Assembly (NCBI GenBank): GCA_044226015.1 | Contig: JBGAHS010000011.1 | Location: 1 to 64,000 of the forward strand | Source of the DNA: Candidatus Obscuribacteraceae bacterium | Lineage (GTDB): Bacteria > Cyanobacteriota > Vampirovibrionia > Obscuribacterales > Obscuribacteraceae | DNA length: 64,000 nt | Direction: 5' to 3' | Shown: positions 1-10,084 of the stretch, one piece after another | Layout: each line of letters opens with the position of its first letter | How positions within the stretch are numbered: position 1 is the first letter of the stretch | Notes under the pieces: generated by a model | Seen by the model: the letters and a program-made list of their open reading frames with translations, nothing else | What the model was told of the DNA's origin: nothing | Databases searched by the model: none | Made by a program: the position numbers and the translations under genes

Positions 1-243
1 TCCATGCTGAGAGAATACGAAGTTGAATGGTCCTTTCTCGGTCAACTTCATGGCATTTTTGGGTCAGGGTATTAAATACATCAAACTTCTACTATATCTC
101 GAGGCTGGTCTTTCACATCAACGAATTCATCAGCTCTTAAAACCTAATCATACGAAGAAAAAGGTAAAGTAGCTTTCTCACTTTCGTGAAAGGCACACCC
201 AACGGTTATGAGCCGGTTTTGCTTTCAAGTTTATCTCAACCGC

Positions 244-696
244 CTATATGCGGAAGAGACACTCTTTGCAATAAGCTTTTGCAATGTCGACCGGTCTATC
301 CTCGTAATCGAGCGCAGTTTCGATGGACGCAGTCAAAGTGGTGCCACATTTCGGACAGGGAATATTCTTTTCCCCATCCAAAATTCTGTCTGTCAGATCA
401 TCTATATTGGGCTTGTTTGCCTGAATAAAATTTCTCATTCGTCGAACGTGTTCTGGCAAAGCTTCAACTTCGAGCAGAACCGCCGGAAGCACCTTCAATG
501 CTTTGGCTAGAACTTGCCGATCATAAACAGAAAGACAAACTTCAAGACCACTTTCGATTGCCTCTACTCGAGCTACTTGAAAGCGGCAAGCTTTTGCAAG
601 GTCAAGTACCGTCATGTTATGCATTTCGCGCAATTGCGCCACACGCCGGGCAAGAGTTTCGGCAAGGGGCTCATCTTTCTTATTTTGGTATTTCAC
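244..696 (-). CDS. XRE/Cro-like helix-turn-helix protein with C-terminal zinc ribbon
   Basis: LARRVAQLREMHNMTVLDLAKAC...VEAIESG is an XRE-type HTH pattern; CPKC...CKEC at the C-terminus. Start placed at GTG 696 (GGGAGAG upstream); the ORF track extends to 732. Confidence 0.65.
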   Translation of the reverse strand: MKYQNKKDEPLAETLARRVAQLREMHNMTVLDLAKACRFQVARVEAIESGLEVCLSVYDRQVLAKALKVLPAVLLEVEALPEHVRRMRNFIQANKPNIDDLTDRILDGEKNIPCPKCGTTLTASIETALDYEDRPVDIAKAYCKECLFRI

Positions 697-761
697 TGGA
701 CTGCTCTCCCAATGAAAGTATAGCGAAAACAATGCATAATCTACTACGAGAGGTCAGGACA

Positions 762-1952
762 TTGCTTGATTTTCAAAAACTCATGCCGCAAATCGCTGCC
801 CTCGCTGAAGAGACGCAGGAAAATAATGACGTCGAGACCGCAATTCTAGGCAAGGCTCAAAACAGTTTCGAAGAGGCGGCAAGAGACCAGACTAGATTTG
901 AGAACAAGTTAAGAGAAAGTGGTGGCACGACGTTTTGGCCCTGTGCACTTCCCCTGGAAGATATGCAGCCTTTCATAAAGTTGAGTACCCCTCCGCAAGA
1001 TCACGCCGTAGTGGCTTGTGATGGGTCGCAAATCATGCCTACTCAGCATGAGGTGGCTAGTTGTTTTTTACTAAATATTGGTGCTGTGGTATTAAACTAC
1101 GGCGAAAAGTCGAAAGCATCATTGACCTCATTTCCGTTTCTCTATCACAGTCATGACGAGATTTACCCTTTAATCAATAAGAGGAGAATTCACATCGACG
1201 AGGCTACGGTTTCGTTTGAAAGAGCTCTCAAAGAACTTGAACAAGCCCGGCTGCTGGCTGAAAAAGAAAGGAATGAAAAACAACAAGTACTCACTATGAT
1301 TGATGGTTCCCTGATACCATTCAACATTGATAGAAATCAAGATCGCCTTCAGGAAGAGCTTCTGGAGAGATTTGCAATTGAGCTCGACGCATTTAACGCG
1401 GCGGAACTTCCTCTCGTTGGCTACATAAGTCACTCCAGAAGTTCTGACATCGTGAACATTCTGCGCGTCTGGCGTTGCCCATACAGACTTAGCCGCTGCC
1501 AACTTCATTGCTCGAATATTGATGAACCCGAGTTTCCCTGTTCGGAAATCTGGCCTTTGTCAGACCGATACCTGATGCACTCTTTGCTGCCCGAAGCCCA
1601 CCGGTCGGCATTCTTTCTCTCTGGTGCTAGAGCCTCACAGTCACTAGCGCTACGAAATCGAATTTGTTTTTCCTATCTCAATACTGGATATGAAGCAGCT
1701 CGTATTGAGATTCCCAGCTGGCTTTTCGAAGATAAGAAACTACTTGAATTCTCACTAAATGCCGTGCTGATGCAAGCACAAAAAGGTAATGGCTACCCCA
1801 TTAGCCTCTCCGAGGCACACAACCAAGCCGTAGTCAGACAACAAGACAGAAAGCAATTTTTCCAATTGGTGGCACAAAAACTAATGAAAACCCGGCAGCC
1901 CAAGGTCACAGTATCTCCCAAAGAAAGTAAAAAGCGCAGCGGTATTGTTTAG
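762..1952 (+). CDS. nurA: NurA-family nuclease (DNA double-strand break repair)
   Basis: Motifs VVACDGSQI, MIDGSL, GYPISLSEAH are typical of NurA. TTG start at 762 (MLDFQKL..., GAGAGG upstream) avoids overlap with the divergent HTH gene; the ORF track begins at 498. Confidence 0.8.
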   Translation: MLDFQKLMPQIAALAEETQENNDVETAILGKAQNSFEEAARDQTRFENKLRESGGTTFWPCALPLEDMQPFIKLSTPPQDHAVVACDGSQIMPTQHEVASCFLLNIGAVVLNYGEKSKASLTSFPFLYHSHDEIYPLINKRRIHIDEATVSFERALKELEQARLLAEKERNEKQQVLTMIDGSLIPFNIDRNQDRLQEELLERFAIELDAFNAAELPLVGYISHSRSSDIVNILRVWRCPYRLSRCQLHCSNIDEPEFPCSEIWPLSDRYLMHSLLPEAHRSAFFLSGARASQSLALRNRICFSYLNTGYEAARIEIPSWLFEDKKLLEFSLNAVLMQAQKGNGYPISLSEAHNQAVVRQQDRKQFFQLVAQKLMKTRQPKVTVSPKESKKRSGIV

Positions 1953-2014
1953 TTCCTTTCAGGCTCGAAGGCTTCTGTTCTGCTATAAACAGGCTGAATA
2001 AGAGGATTGAACTA

Positions 2015-2332
2015 ATGCCACACTTTTTGCTCACTGGAAAAGACGGAAGCGATGCAGAGGCGCTAAATCGGCGCATGGCAAACCGCCCAGCTCATCTTCA
2101 TGGAGCTGAAATGATGAAAGAGTCTGGACAATTGTTGATGGGCGCGGCAATGCTCGACCCCGAAGGCAAAATGGTCGGCTCTGTGATGATTTTCAATTTT
2201 GAAAGCCGTCAGAAACTGGATGAGTACCTTAAGACCGAACCTTATGTAATCGGTAATGTTTGGCAACATATCGAAATTCAAGACATAGCCGTAGCGAGCC
2301 ACTTCCTGCCCGCCCAGACGGTCAAAGCCTGA
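2015..2332 (+). CDS. YciI family protein
   Basis: RMANRPAHL, GxxxGSVMIF and EPYVIGNVW motifs; RBS GAGGA upstream. Confidence 0.85.
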   Translation: MPHFLLTGKDGSDAEALNRRMANRPAHLHGAEMMKESGQLLMGAAMLDPEGKMVGSVMIFNFESRQKLDEYLKTEPYVIGNVWQHIEIQDIAVASHFLPAQTVKA

Positions 2333-2440
2333 GTGGATTTTTGCTCAACGAAATCATGAATGCCCGTGCAGGGCATTGCTTGCTGGCTGCATGCTAGGAT
2401 CGGGTACGTATCTGCCCGCGCGTTGTAAAGGAGTTGTAGA

Positions 2441-3628
2441 GTGTCATCTTTGCTAGACGCAGTGCTCGCTAAATCTCACCCACTGAGCGATATTGCACAA
2501 AAAGTTGTAGACAATCAGCGAATCAGTCGAGAAGACGCCATCAGGCTTTATGATGCCGAGGACTTACTCAGCGTTGGAGCACTTGCTGACTTTGCGCGCA
2601 AGCGGAAAGCTGGTCCTGGAAAAGAAAATTACGTCTACTACAACCACAATATGCATCTCAATCCGACAAACTTTTGTGTTGAGACTTGCAGATTTTGCTC
2701 ATACGCAAACCCAGGTTTGAGTGGCAATACCAGCTACACGTGGACTGTTGACCGAGTCCTCCAGGAAGCGGAGAAAGGGGTGAAGCTGGGCATCAAAGAA
2801 ATCCACATGGTTGGTGGACTGAATCCTGCTTGCGACATCAACTACTACGAAGAAGTGATGCGCTCTGTCAAAGCCGAGTTTCCGCATGTTCATCTGAAAG
2901 CGATGACTGCTGTAGAAATCGAATACATGGCTAACCTTGAGGGAATCAGCTACAAAGAAACTCTCGAGCGCTTAATGGCAGCTGGACTCGGCTCTATGCC
3001 AGGTGGTGGCGCAGAGATATTTGACGAAGAAGTGCGCACACGTATGGCAGTTAAGAAAACTCCTGCCAATGTGTGGCTCGAAGTTCATGGTGTTGCTCAT
3101 CAACTCGGATTGAAAACAAACGCCACCATGCTCACAGGAATTGGCGAAAATAACGCAAACAAAGTCGACCACATGATTTTGCTGCGCGAACAGCAAGACA
3201 AGACTGGCGGCTTCCAGTGCTTTATTCCTTTAAAGTGCTACTACGATGGCACCACAATCAAGGACGAAGTAACTGAACCGAGCAATGAAGACTTGCTGCG
3301 TGATGTTGCTATCTCAAGATTGGTCTTGGATAACTTCGACCACATCAAGGCATACTGGATTCAACTAGGTGAAAGACTCGCTCAGGTAGCGCTTTCATTT
3401 GGTGCAGATGATATGGATGGAACCATACTCGAAGAAAAAATCACTCACGCTGCTGGAGCAAAAACACCGCTTCAATTGGCAAAAGAGAAGCTGGAATTCT
3501 TCATCTACAACGCAGGTTACACTCCGGTAGAAAGAGACACTGTGTACAACATAATCCATGTTGGCGAGGCTCCTTCACAGCAGGCTAAACCAGTTGAGAT
3601 AAGACTGGCAGAACTGGCTTCGGTCTAA
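2441..3628 (+). CDS. mqnE: CofH-family radical SAM enzyme, most like aminofutalosine synthase MqnE
   Basis: TNFCVETCRFCSY (CxxxCxxC), EIHMVGGL, MPGGGAEIF, HIKAYWIQLG, FGADDMDGTILEEKITHAAGA. The AYW and DGTxxEEKI motifs favour MqnE over MqnC. Confidence 0.75.
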   Translation: MSSLLDAVLAKSHPLSDIAQKVVDNQRISREDAIRLYDAEDLLSVGALADFARKRKAGPGKENYVYYNHNMHLNPTNFCVETCRFCSYANPGLSGNTSYTWTVDRVLQEAEKGVKLGIKEIHMVGGLNPACDINYYEEVMRSVKAEFPHVHLKAMTAVEIEYMANLEGISYKETLERLMAAGLGSMPGGGAEIFDEEVRTRMAVKKTPANVWLEVHGVAHQLGLKTNATMLTGIGENNANKVDHMILLREQQDKTGGFQCFIPLKCYYDGTTIKDEVTEPSNEDLLRDVAISRLVLDNFDHIKAYWIQLGERLAQVALSFGADDMDGTILEEKITHAAGAKTPLQLAKEKLEFFIYNAGYTPVERDTVYNIIHVGEAPSQQAKPVEIRLAELASV

Positions 3629-3796
3629 TCGCTAACCGGTCTGGGATTGCCGCTTGCAGCTTTAGTTCTGGGAACACCATCAAGTGGTCCCGGGAACGCT
3701 GGTACCAAAACTTAAGTTAAGAAGCCGACGTTCACAGGCATCATTTTTTTCACGGATCCAATTTCGGCGCTTTTCACATTAAGATGAGCGATAGTC

Positions 3797-5368
3797 TCAC
3801 TGAACTACAGCCATACGGCTAAAATCCTGCATGAAGCTTTTCAGTGGTATGCGTATGACACCATCAGGAGTATCAGCCTTTCCACCCCATGGATTACGCA
3901 CCACAACCTGAGCCTCGGATCCCTTGGAAGCGGGAATGAAGTTCAGTACGGAGTAAACGTGCCTGCGATAGAAGCCGTCGCTAGTGTAATCCGAAAAGAA
4001 GTCACGATTGATTCCAACACTTACTGCCTTTCGTTTAGGACCACATAAAGCAGACTCAAGCAACTGAGCCATTTTCTGCTCGCTGCACAGATTAACCAAA
4101 TGCCAATCCACGTGGCGTCCACTAATTAAAGCGAGAGGATACTCCATAAAACCACCACCATCAGCAGCAGACTCTGGCACACCATCTGTGATCAAATTAT
4201 CAATACTCCGGCGCCAAAAATATCTCTGACAAAAAGCTCCATACGCCTTTTCCATCACAGACGCCCAGACGCCGTAAGGACCAGCATGATTAAATAGACC
4301 CATTTCAGCCTCGCTAGGAGTCCCCACAGTTATTGGTTCGTTAGGACACGCAGCAAATCTGACAGTAAATGTTCCATTGCCATTATCATGTATTGACCTG
4401 GCGATTGTTTCGGGCTCGCTATTGGCAATTGAGGCTAGTGGTGCAAGAAAATAGCAATCACCAATAGATCCTTGTTTAATGGCATCTGGAACTATGCTCA
4501 GCAGAGGGTCCTTACTTGCATACAAGCTTTTGGGATAGTGAGCAATCTGATTCTCATGAACTTTGAAGCAAGAGGACCAGACACCGAGAGTGAGTTTTGA
4601 TCCATCGTTTTCATTTAATAAAGAATTGAAGTAGGCATCGATATCACTGCTCTTTATCTCTTCCTCATTCCGCAATTTCTTGAAATGAGAAAGCAAATAA
4701 TCAATTTCAGTTTTATCCATGCCTGTGGTAGCTGGCTCTAGTTTCGCTGTGCTTAGCTCTGAGTGAGAAAGGGCTCCGTTGCCGTTTTTGTCAAGCTGAG
4801 TGAAGTGAAGCTCCGTCCACGACTTAGCTTCTATAGCCTCAGAGAATTTCCGATTGTAGATATGCTGAATCTTGTGATATTCGGCAAGGTCCTCAGCTGA
4901 AATGCTTTCATCAAACCAGCGTCCGTTAGATCCTACGACCTTGAGTCGGTCAAAATTTTGGTAGAGAGCAGCGATTATTTGAGCATCTTCACCGGTGTAT
5001 GAGGGGTCCTGAAGCGCCTTGCTGAGATCATTTCGATTGACCCGTCCATTAACGCCAATCCTGGAAATTAGATTCTCAGCTTTTGCCGCAAAGTCATCAT
5101 CCTTAACTTGTTCTACTTCTTTAGGCGATTGCTCCTTAATTGATGAGAGCGCGAATTTGGTGCACAGCTGAGAGTCAGATTGTCCATCGCCAGGCGGAAC
5201 AAGCCAAATTTTATGAGGCTCAATCTTCTCGTCAGAAGCAAGTGCCGAACAACACTTGAAATTATGCATGCTCTCGCGAAGAAACGCGAGGTTGGCTGCA
5301 TCTTCTTCCGAAACCAAACTTGAGACAAGAGATTTTGAATCATTGCCAACGAATTGTCTTTCCAACAT
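3797..5368 (-). CDS. Calpain-like (peptidase C2) cysteine protease with N-terminal EF-hand-like motifs
   Basis: QGSIGDCYFLA (catalytic Cys), EKAYG, HVYSVL (His), VRNPWG (Asn); DKNGNGALSHSEL is an EF-hand loop. Confidence 0.85.
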   Translation of the reverse strand: MLERQFVGNDSKSLVSSLVSEEDAANLAFLRESMHNFKCCSALASDEKIEPHKIWLVPPGDGQSDSQLCTKFALSSIKEQSPKEVEQVKDDDFAAKAENLISRIGVNGRVNRNDLSKALQDPSYTGEDAQIIAALYQNFDRLKVVGSNGRWFDESISAEDLAEYHKIQHIYNRKFSEAIEAKSWTELHFTQLDKNGNGALSHSELSTAKLEPATTGMDKTEIDYLLSHFKKLRNEEEIKSSDIDAYFNSLLNENDGSKLTLGVWSSCFKVHENQIAHYPKSLYASKDPLLSIVPDAIKQGSIGDCYFLAPLASIANSEPETIARSIHDNGNGTFTVRFAACPNEPITVGTPSEAEMGLFNHAGPYGVWASVMEKAYGAFCQRYFWRRSIDNLITDGVPESAADGGGFMEYPLALISGRHVDWHLVNLCSEQKMAQLLESALCGPKRKAVSVGINRDFFSDYTSDGFYRRHVYSVLNFIPASKGSEAQVVVRNPWGGKADTPDGVIRIPLKSFMQDFSRMAVVQ

Positions 5369-5432
5369 GAACTAAGCCTCGTCGCTCGGTATACGAAACT
5401 ATCGAGGCAGCCTGAAATTTGCCTGAAACGGT

Positions 5433-7259
5433 TCAATCCGTTTCTGCGGTTTCCCCCACTTCAAGAATTGCAAGAGCAGTTTTTAAAAGCCCAGGAGTTC
5501 CGCCTTCATAAACTAAATAACGTGACTGCCAATCAGGTTCAAACTTGTTTTTGTAATTACGCAAACCCTTGTAGGAAAAGAAGCGGTTCATATGCTCATA
5601 AATTTGCTTGCAAGCTTTCTCGTAGAGATTTGACTCTGGGTTATCACCGACTCCTGACAAAGCTGCCAGCCCCAGATTGAATTTCTTGAACCCTTCATTA
5701 TGAAATTCAAGAAGCAGCTTCACAAACAAGTAGTCCATGGTGCCATTTGGCACTTCGTGCCTGTGACGCATCAAATCAATACTTGCCTCCTTTTCTGCGT
5801 ATGAGCGCACTTGGTTCACAAAGGCGACCATAGCTCCGTCCTTATCTCTAACAAAAAAAATGTTGTCTTCTTTCAAAGTCTGACGATCAAAAACGCCCAA
5901 ACTGAATGAACGTTCTCGTCGCCCCGGCAGAGATAGCCACTCATTGGAAACTGCTTCCAGCTCATCGATAAATTTGTCGGTTTGCGGTGCTTTTGATAGC
6001 TGGAAGGAAAAACCATCCTTCTCCATTTTCTTTACTCGGTTTTTGAAATCTTTCTTCTTCACTGTAGATGCAGCGAATTTGTCCAGGTCTACAACAGCAT
6101 CTTCGCCGACCTTGAGCGCTGATAGAGTAGCCTCTTTATAGAGTTCGAGTTGCCCTTCCCCCGTCTGCAAGAAGGCGACAGTCCATGCGTTGCTATGACA
6201 CCAGGACATGTATGCTTTCAAAAATTCCAGTAGCTCGTCTTCAGGACCTCTCACATCACCCAAGCCGACAGCCACGGATAGAGCAGTTCTAAAAGCGACG
6301 AATGATTTGCCAGAAGCAGAGAAGACATAAGATTTATCATCTAGTAGTTTGTAATAGTCGAGCGCATCTCTTCCATCACGCTCAAGAATTTCACGGGCTT
6401 TAGCTTTCTCTAGAGGTCTCGTCCTCAGCTGATATTCGATAGGACGGAAAAGGCTATAGCAAGCAAAAACGGCAGAAACAGATCCCATCGTTTTCAGGGA
6501 GTCAACAAACCAGGCTGCATGTCTCGTTTGAGGCTGTATATCAGCATTTCCTATAAGCAAGAATTCTCGCAAGGTGCGCAGAAGAGAATCGGTCAGCTCA
6601 AAGTTGATGCCAAAATCTCGTTTGTCTAGCAGCCAGAACCCGAGAGTTCCATAAGACAGCGCAAGCATTAGAGAATAAAACAGGAAGCTAACTCCAGTTT
6701 TTATTTTCTTGATTTCGCTTTTTACGACAAATCGCTTGCGATAAATAATCAAAAGCACCAGATTCAGTACTATCGGAAGAATGCCAAAAGCTACCGACTC
6801 AGTGTAGAAATCAGCATCTTGCAGGTATTCCATGCGCGCACGCAGCAGGTGCACCAGGAGAGATACCAGCAATCCAAAGATTGCCAAAATCAATGACATG
6901 CGTTTACGAGCTGCCAGGTTGAAAGACAAATATATGAGAATGAAACCGAACAGTAAGCTCAGAGCACGGCTGAAATGGTAAAAACCATAAGGAACCACAA
7001 AATCAAATATACGCGGATGGCGAGCCAGGCGTTGAAATAGAGGCTCTGCGATGCCAACCAAGCCATTCAAGAATGTAATGGCCGAAATTGCCATTATAGG
7101 AAGATTTGCAAGCGCAAAGACTGCTTTGAGCCTGTTTTCCGCGAGACTCTTGTCGAATGACTCGCTCAGTGGAGAGGTATAGGTGAAATTACTCTGGCTC
7201 GATTTTGAGTCAAACTCTAACTCGTCCTCTGTAATTTCACTGTCATCCTCTTCTGTCAT
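5433..7259 (-). CDS. Aminoacyl-phosphatidylglycerol synthase (MprF/DUF2156 catalytic domain) with N-terminal membrane segments
   Basis: About 6-7 hydrophobic helices followed by DKSYVFS, KVGEDAVVDL, RERSFSLG, SIDLMR, NGTMDYLF, FNLGLAAL, GLRNYKNKFEPDW. Confidence 0.85.
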   Translation of the reverse strand: MTEEDDSEITEDELEFDSKSSQSNFTYTSPLSESFDKSLAENRLKAVFALANLPIMAISAITFLNGLVGIAEPLFQRLARHPRIFDFVVPYGFYHFSRALSLLFGFILIYLSFNLAARKRMSLILAIFGLLVSLLVHLLRARMEYLQDADFYTESVAFGILPIVLNLVLLIIYRKRFVVKSEIKKIKTGVSFLFYSLMLALSYGTLGFWLLDKRDFGINFELTDSLLRTLREFLLIGNADIQPQTRHAAWFVDSLKTMGSVSAVFACYSLFRPIEYQLRTRPLEKAKAREILERDGRDALDYYKLLDDKSYVFSASGKSFVAFRTALSVAVGLGDVRGPEDELLEFLKAYMSWCHSNAWTVAFLQTGEGQLELYKEATLSALKVGEDAVVDLDKFAASTVKKKDFKNRVKKMEKDGFSFQLSKAPQTDKFIDELEAVSNEWLSLPGRRERSFSLGVFDRQTLKEDNIFFVRDKDGAMVAFVNQVRSYAEKEASIDLMRHRHEVPNGTMDYLFVKLLLEFHNEGFKKFNLGLAALSGVGDNPESNLYEKACKQIYEHMNRFFSYKGLRNYKNKFEPDWQSRYLVYEGGTPGLLKTALAILEVGETAETD

Positions 7260-7260
7260 C

Positions 7261-8349
7261 TCATGCGGAGACTCGCTTAGAGAAGCACTGCTTGATTGTT
7301 CCGCTCAGACGTTCTCTGAGCTTGACGAATCTTTCCGAAATCTCCAGTCGGCGCTTTTGCAATTCCAGCATTTGCTGCCTGCGATGATCGTCCATAGCAT
7401 TGTCGAACACCTGGTTCAAAGCAATTTCTTCGCTGTGAGTCCACCACAAGTCTTCAATTATGCTGCCGATTGAATCGTAATCAGCCTCAGCAGGGGCCAG
7501 GCTGAGCAAGCGGAACTCCTGGCTCCAGATGTGCTCAAGTGAATGTCTGACATCAGCACGCAAATTTTGTGCAGCAGTTGAAACGGTGCTTGCCACAAAT
7601 TCTGGGTCAATATTGCCAGCTCGGCGACGAAGTAGCTTGATAGTTTCTTCGAGCAAATAACGTTGAAAACCAACTTGAATAAATAAGAAGTCCGGCAGAA
7701 AGGCTGTGAACATCAAATGCGCGATCTCACTTCGCTGCGGCAGATCTGGTATTGATATTTCTGTCAGAGTCGAGAGCTGTTCTAACTCCTCTAGAGCTGC
7801 AACTTTTTCATCTACCAGCTCATCAATTCCAGCGAGTACAGATTGTCTCAATGACTGAGTGTCGTAATCGATGGAGTCGCGCTCAGCAAGCTGACTAACA
7901 ATAAAACGATTCATGTAAGTTATGTTGGCACCAAGTTCTTCTAGAACCTTCATTGCCGACTCATCTTTGATATCAATCATCGCAAGAAGCAAATGCTCTG
8001 GCTCAACGCGTGAATGACCGAAAAACAACCTTATTTCTCTGGCTCGCTTGATCAGTTGCTTAGCTGGAAAGCTAAACTTCATCTCTTCAATATCAACAGT
8101 GCAAACTTCGAACGGGTGTGTGGTGATGTCTTTTTGTTTACCAATCAGGAGACTCCGCTCAAGTTCAGCCACCAAATTCTCTGAGTTTATGTTCACCGCC
8201 CCTAGTGCACCGGCAGCGATGCTCTCCTGATCATTTGCCAGTGAGGCAAGGATGTGCTCCGAGCAAACTTGATCTGATTTGAAGCGTCTCGAATTGCCAT
8301 AAGCATCGAAAAGGACTTCAACTGCCGCGTCACCAAACTTGTCGAACAT
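7261..8349 (-). CDS. Clp N-terminal (double Clp-N repeat) domain protein without an ATPase domain
   Basis: MFDKF... start; two repeats SEHILASL and VEPEHLLLAM; no Walker A/B motifs. ATG 8349 preferred over 8388. Confidence 0.7.
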   Translation of the reverse strand: MFDKFGDAAVEVLFDAYGNSRRFKSDQVCSEHILASLANDQESIAAGALGAVNINSENLVAELERSLLIGKQKDITTHPFEVCTVDIEEMKFSFPAKQLIKRAREIRLFFGHSRVEPEHLLLAMIDIKDESAMKVLEELGANITYMNRFIVSQLAERDSIDYDTQSLRQSVLAGIDELVDEKVAALEELEQLSTLTEISIPDLPQRSEIAHLMFTAFLPDFLFIQVGFQRYLLEETIKLLRRRAGNIDPEFVASTVSTAAQNLRADVRHSLEHIWSQEFRLLSLAPAEADYDSIGSIIEDLWWTHSEEIALNQVFDNAMDDHRRQQMLELQKRRLEISERFVKLRERLSGTIKQCFSKRVSA

Positions 8350-8568
8350 AGTATTTAAGCTCCTGAAGAACACTTGATTGCAATTCAAAGAAATGAAAAA
8401 TTGCTAATTCAAAGTGCCAGACACCGAATCGAAGCATCAATTATATGCTCTTCGTCCGATTCAAATATGATCTGTTTTGATCTTTGATGAATCTGAGAAA
8501 AGCAATGCCCCCTTACAAGGGTGGAAGTGTACAATCAGTCTTTTCATGGTCTGATTTTGGAGCCAATT

Positions 8569-9381
8569 TTGAAGATTCTCATTAGTAATGACGACGGTAT
8601 TTGGGCAAAAGGCATTCGCGTTCTAGCTGAGCGAATTTCCAGAGAAAAACAACACACGGTATATGTGGTAGCGCCTGACAGAGAACGAAGCGCAACAGGA
8701 CATGCACTGACTTTGCACAAGCCTCTTAGAGTGGAAGAAATTGAACTTGAGGGACATGTAAAAGGCGCCTGGTGGACGACTGGAACTCCAAGTGACTGCG
8801 TCAAGTTTGCCGTTGGACATTTGCTGCCAGAGCCCATTGATCTCGTCATTTCAGGGATCAACTCCGGTCCAAACCTTGGTGGAGAGATCCTTTACTCAGG
8901 CACTGTTTCAGCTGCAATGGAAGGCGCGTTTCTCGACATACCAAGTATTGCCGTTAGCCTTGGTTCATCGGGACATCGGCACTATGATGTGGCTGCAGAC
9001 TTCATTGTTAAATTGATAGACATTTTGCCAGACTCAGGGCTTGGAAATAAGCTCTTCCTAAATGTAAACGTCCCAAATCTTCCAGCAAATCAAATTGAAG
9101 GGGTGCGAGTCAGCTCACTGGGAGTGCGCGCCTATAATGACCACTTTGAAAAGCGCGTCGACCCTCGCGGCAAAGTCTATTACTGGCTTGCGGGTGAGGC
9201 AATTGAAGAGGGTGAACAAGAGGGCACCGACGCATGGTGCATGGTCAACAAAATCATCTCTATAACACCAATAGCTTTCAACATGACTGATTTCAACTGC
9301 AAGTCAAAACTTGAGCAGTGGGATGCTCTGACTAAACTAAGAGAGGACACAGCACGTGCAAGTGGAGCACGACAACAGTAG
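8569..9381 (+). CDS. surE: 5'/3'-nucleotidase SurE
   Basis: KILISNDDG, APDRERSATGH, GTPSDCVK, SGINSGPNLG, YSGTVSAA; TTG start with GGAG RBS. Confidence 0.95.
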   Translation: MKILISNDDGIWAKGIRVLAERISREKQHTVYVVAPDRERSATGHALTLHKPLRVEEIELEGHVKGAWWTTGTPSDCVKFAVGHLLPEPIDLVISGINSGPNLGGEILYSGTVSAAMEGAFLDIPSIAVSLGSSGHRHYDVAADFIVKLIDILPDSGLGNKLFLNVNVPNLPANQIEGVRVSSLGVRAYNDHFEKRVDPRGKVYYWLAGEAIEEGEQEGTDAWCMVNKIISITPIAFNMTDFNCKSKLEQWDALTKLREDTARASGARQQ

Positions 9382-10084
9382 TTTCAACAGTCCTCCTGAT
9401 GTGGGGCAGTTGATGCGGAACCTATTTGCAGACGACTGGATGCCCAAAACTGGTCTCGGTGGTCTGTTTTGCGGCGGCGCTGTGATTGCAATTCTATTCA
9501 GTTTCGTTTGCTTGCCACTGTTTGCGGCATTATGGGCTCTCACCATTGGCTATTGCCTTCGCTGTATTCGCTTGAAACTAGATGACCCCGAAGCCAAATT
9601 ACCAGACTGGAATGAATGGGGAGACCTGTTCATGTCTGGAATTACTTGGTTGGCTTTACAAACAGGCACATGGATTATTAGCGCAGCCATAAATTTTTCT
9701 GTCCTCGTGTTCTGCATTACTTATGGTTTCACTGAGAAAAGCGAGATAGCAAGCCTCTGTTGGGCGATTGGTGGAATGCTTTTTGTATTCGTCAATTCAG
9801 CCGTTGTGACGCTCTATTCCTCTTACTTGATGGTCAATTTCGCCATCGAAGAAAACGTAGCGGGTGGGCTGGCACTCAGAAAGGTAACCACGGCAATCAT
9901 TTTGGCGCCCAAGCGCCTCATCGCAGGTTTTCTGCTGGCACTGGGAATTCAGTGGTTGATGACTGTAATTCCAAGCTCAACAATAATTGGCGTCATTTTC
10001 GCACCGCAGATGTATTTTGCTTCACAACTCATTAGCGCACTGATTTTAGCTCAGCACTGGAAAGAGCCCGAGGAAGCACGCTAG
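9356..10084 (+). CDS. Integral membrane protein, DUF4013-like
   Basis: GY...LPDWNEWGDLFMSG motif and several TM helices; overlaps the surE stop. Confidence 0.6.
   Translation: MQVEHDNSSFNSPPDVGQLMRNLFADDWMPKTGLGGLFCGGAVIAILFSFVCLPLFAALWALTIGYCLRCIRLKLDDPEAKLPDWNEWGDLFMSGITWLALQTGTWIISAAINFSVLVFCITYGFTEKSEIASLCWAIGGMLFVFVNSAVVTLYSSYLMVNFAIEENVAGGLALRKVTTAIILAPKRLIAGFLLALGIQWLMTVIPSSTIIGVIFAPQMYFASQLISALILAQHWKEPEEAR

Noticed and set aside
1..51. Possible truncated minus-strand CDS starting MKLTEKGPFNFVFSQHG
   Set aside because: Too little sequence at the window edge to support it.
498..761. N-terminal extension of NurA
   Set aside because: It overlaps the divergent HTH gene; NurA-like sequence and an RBS begin at 762.
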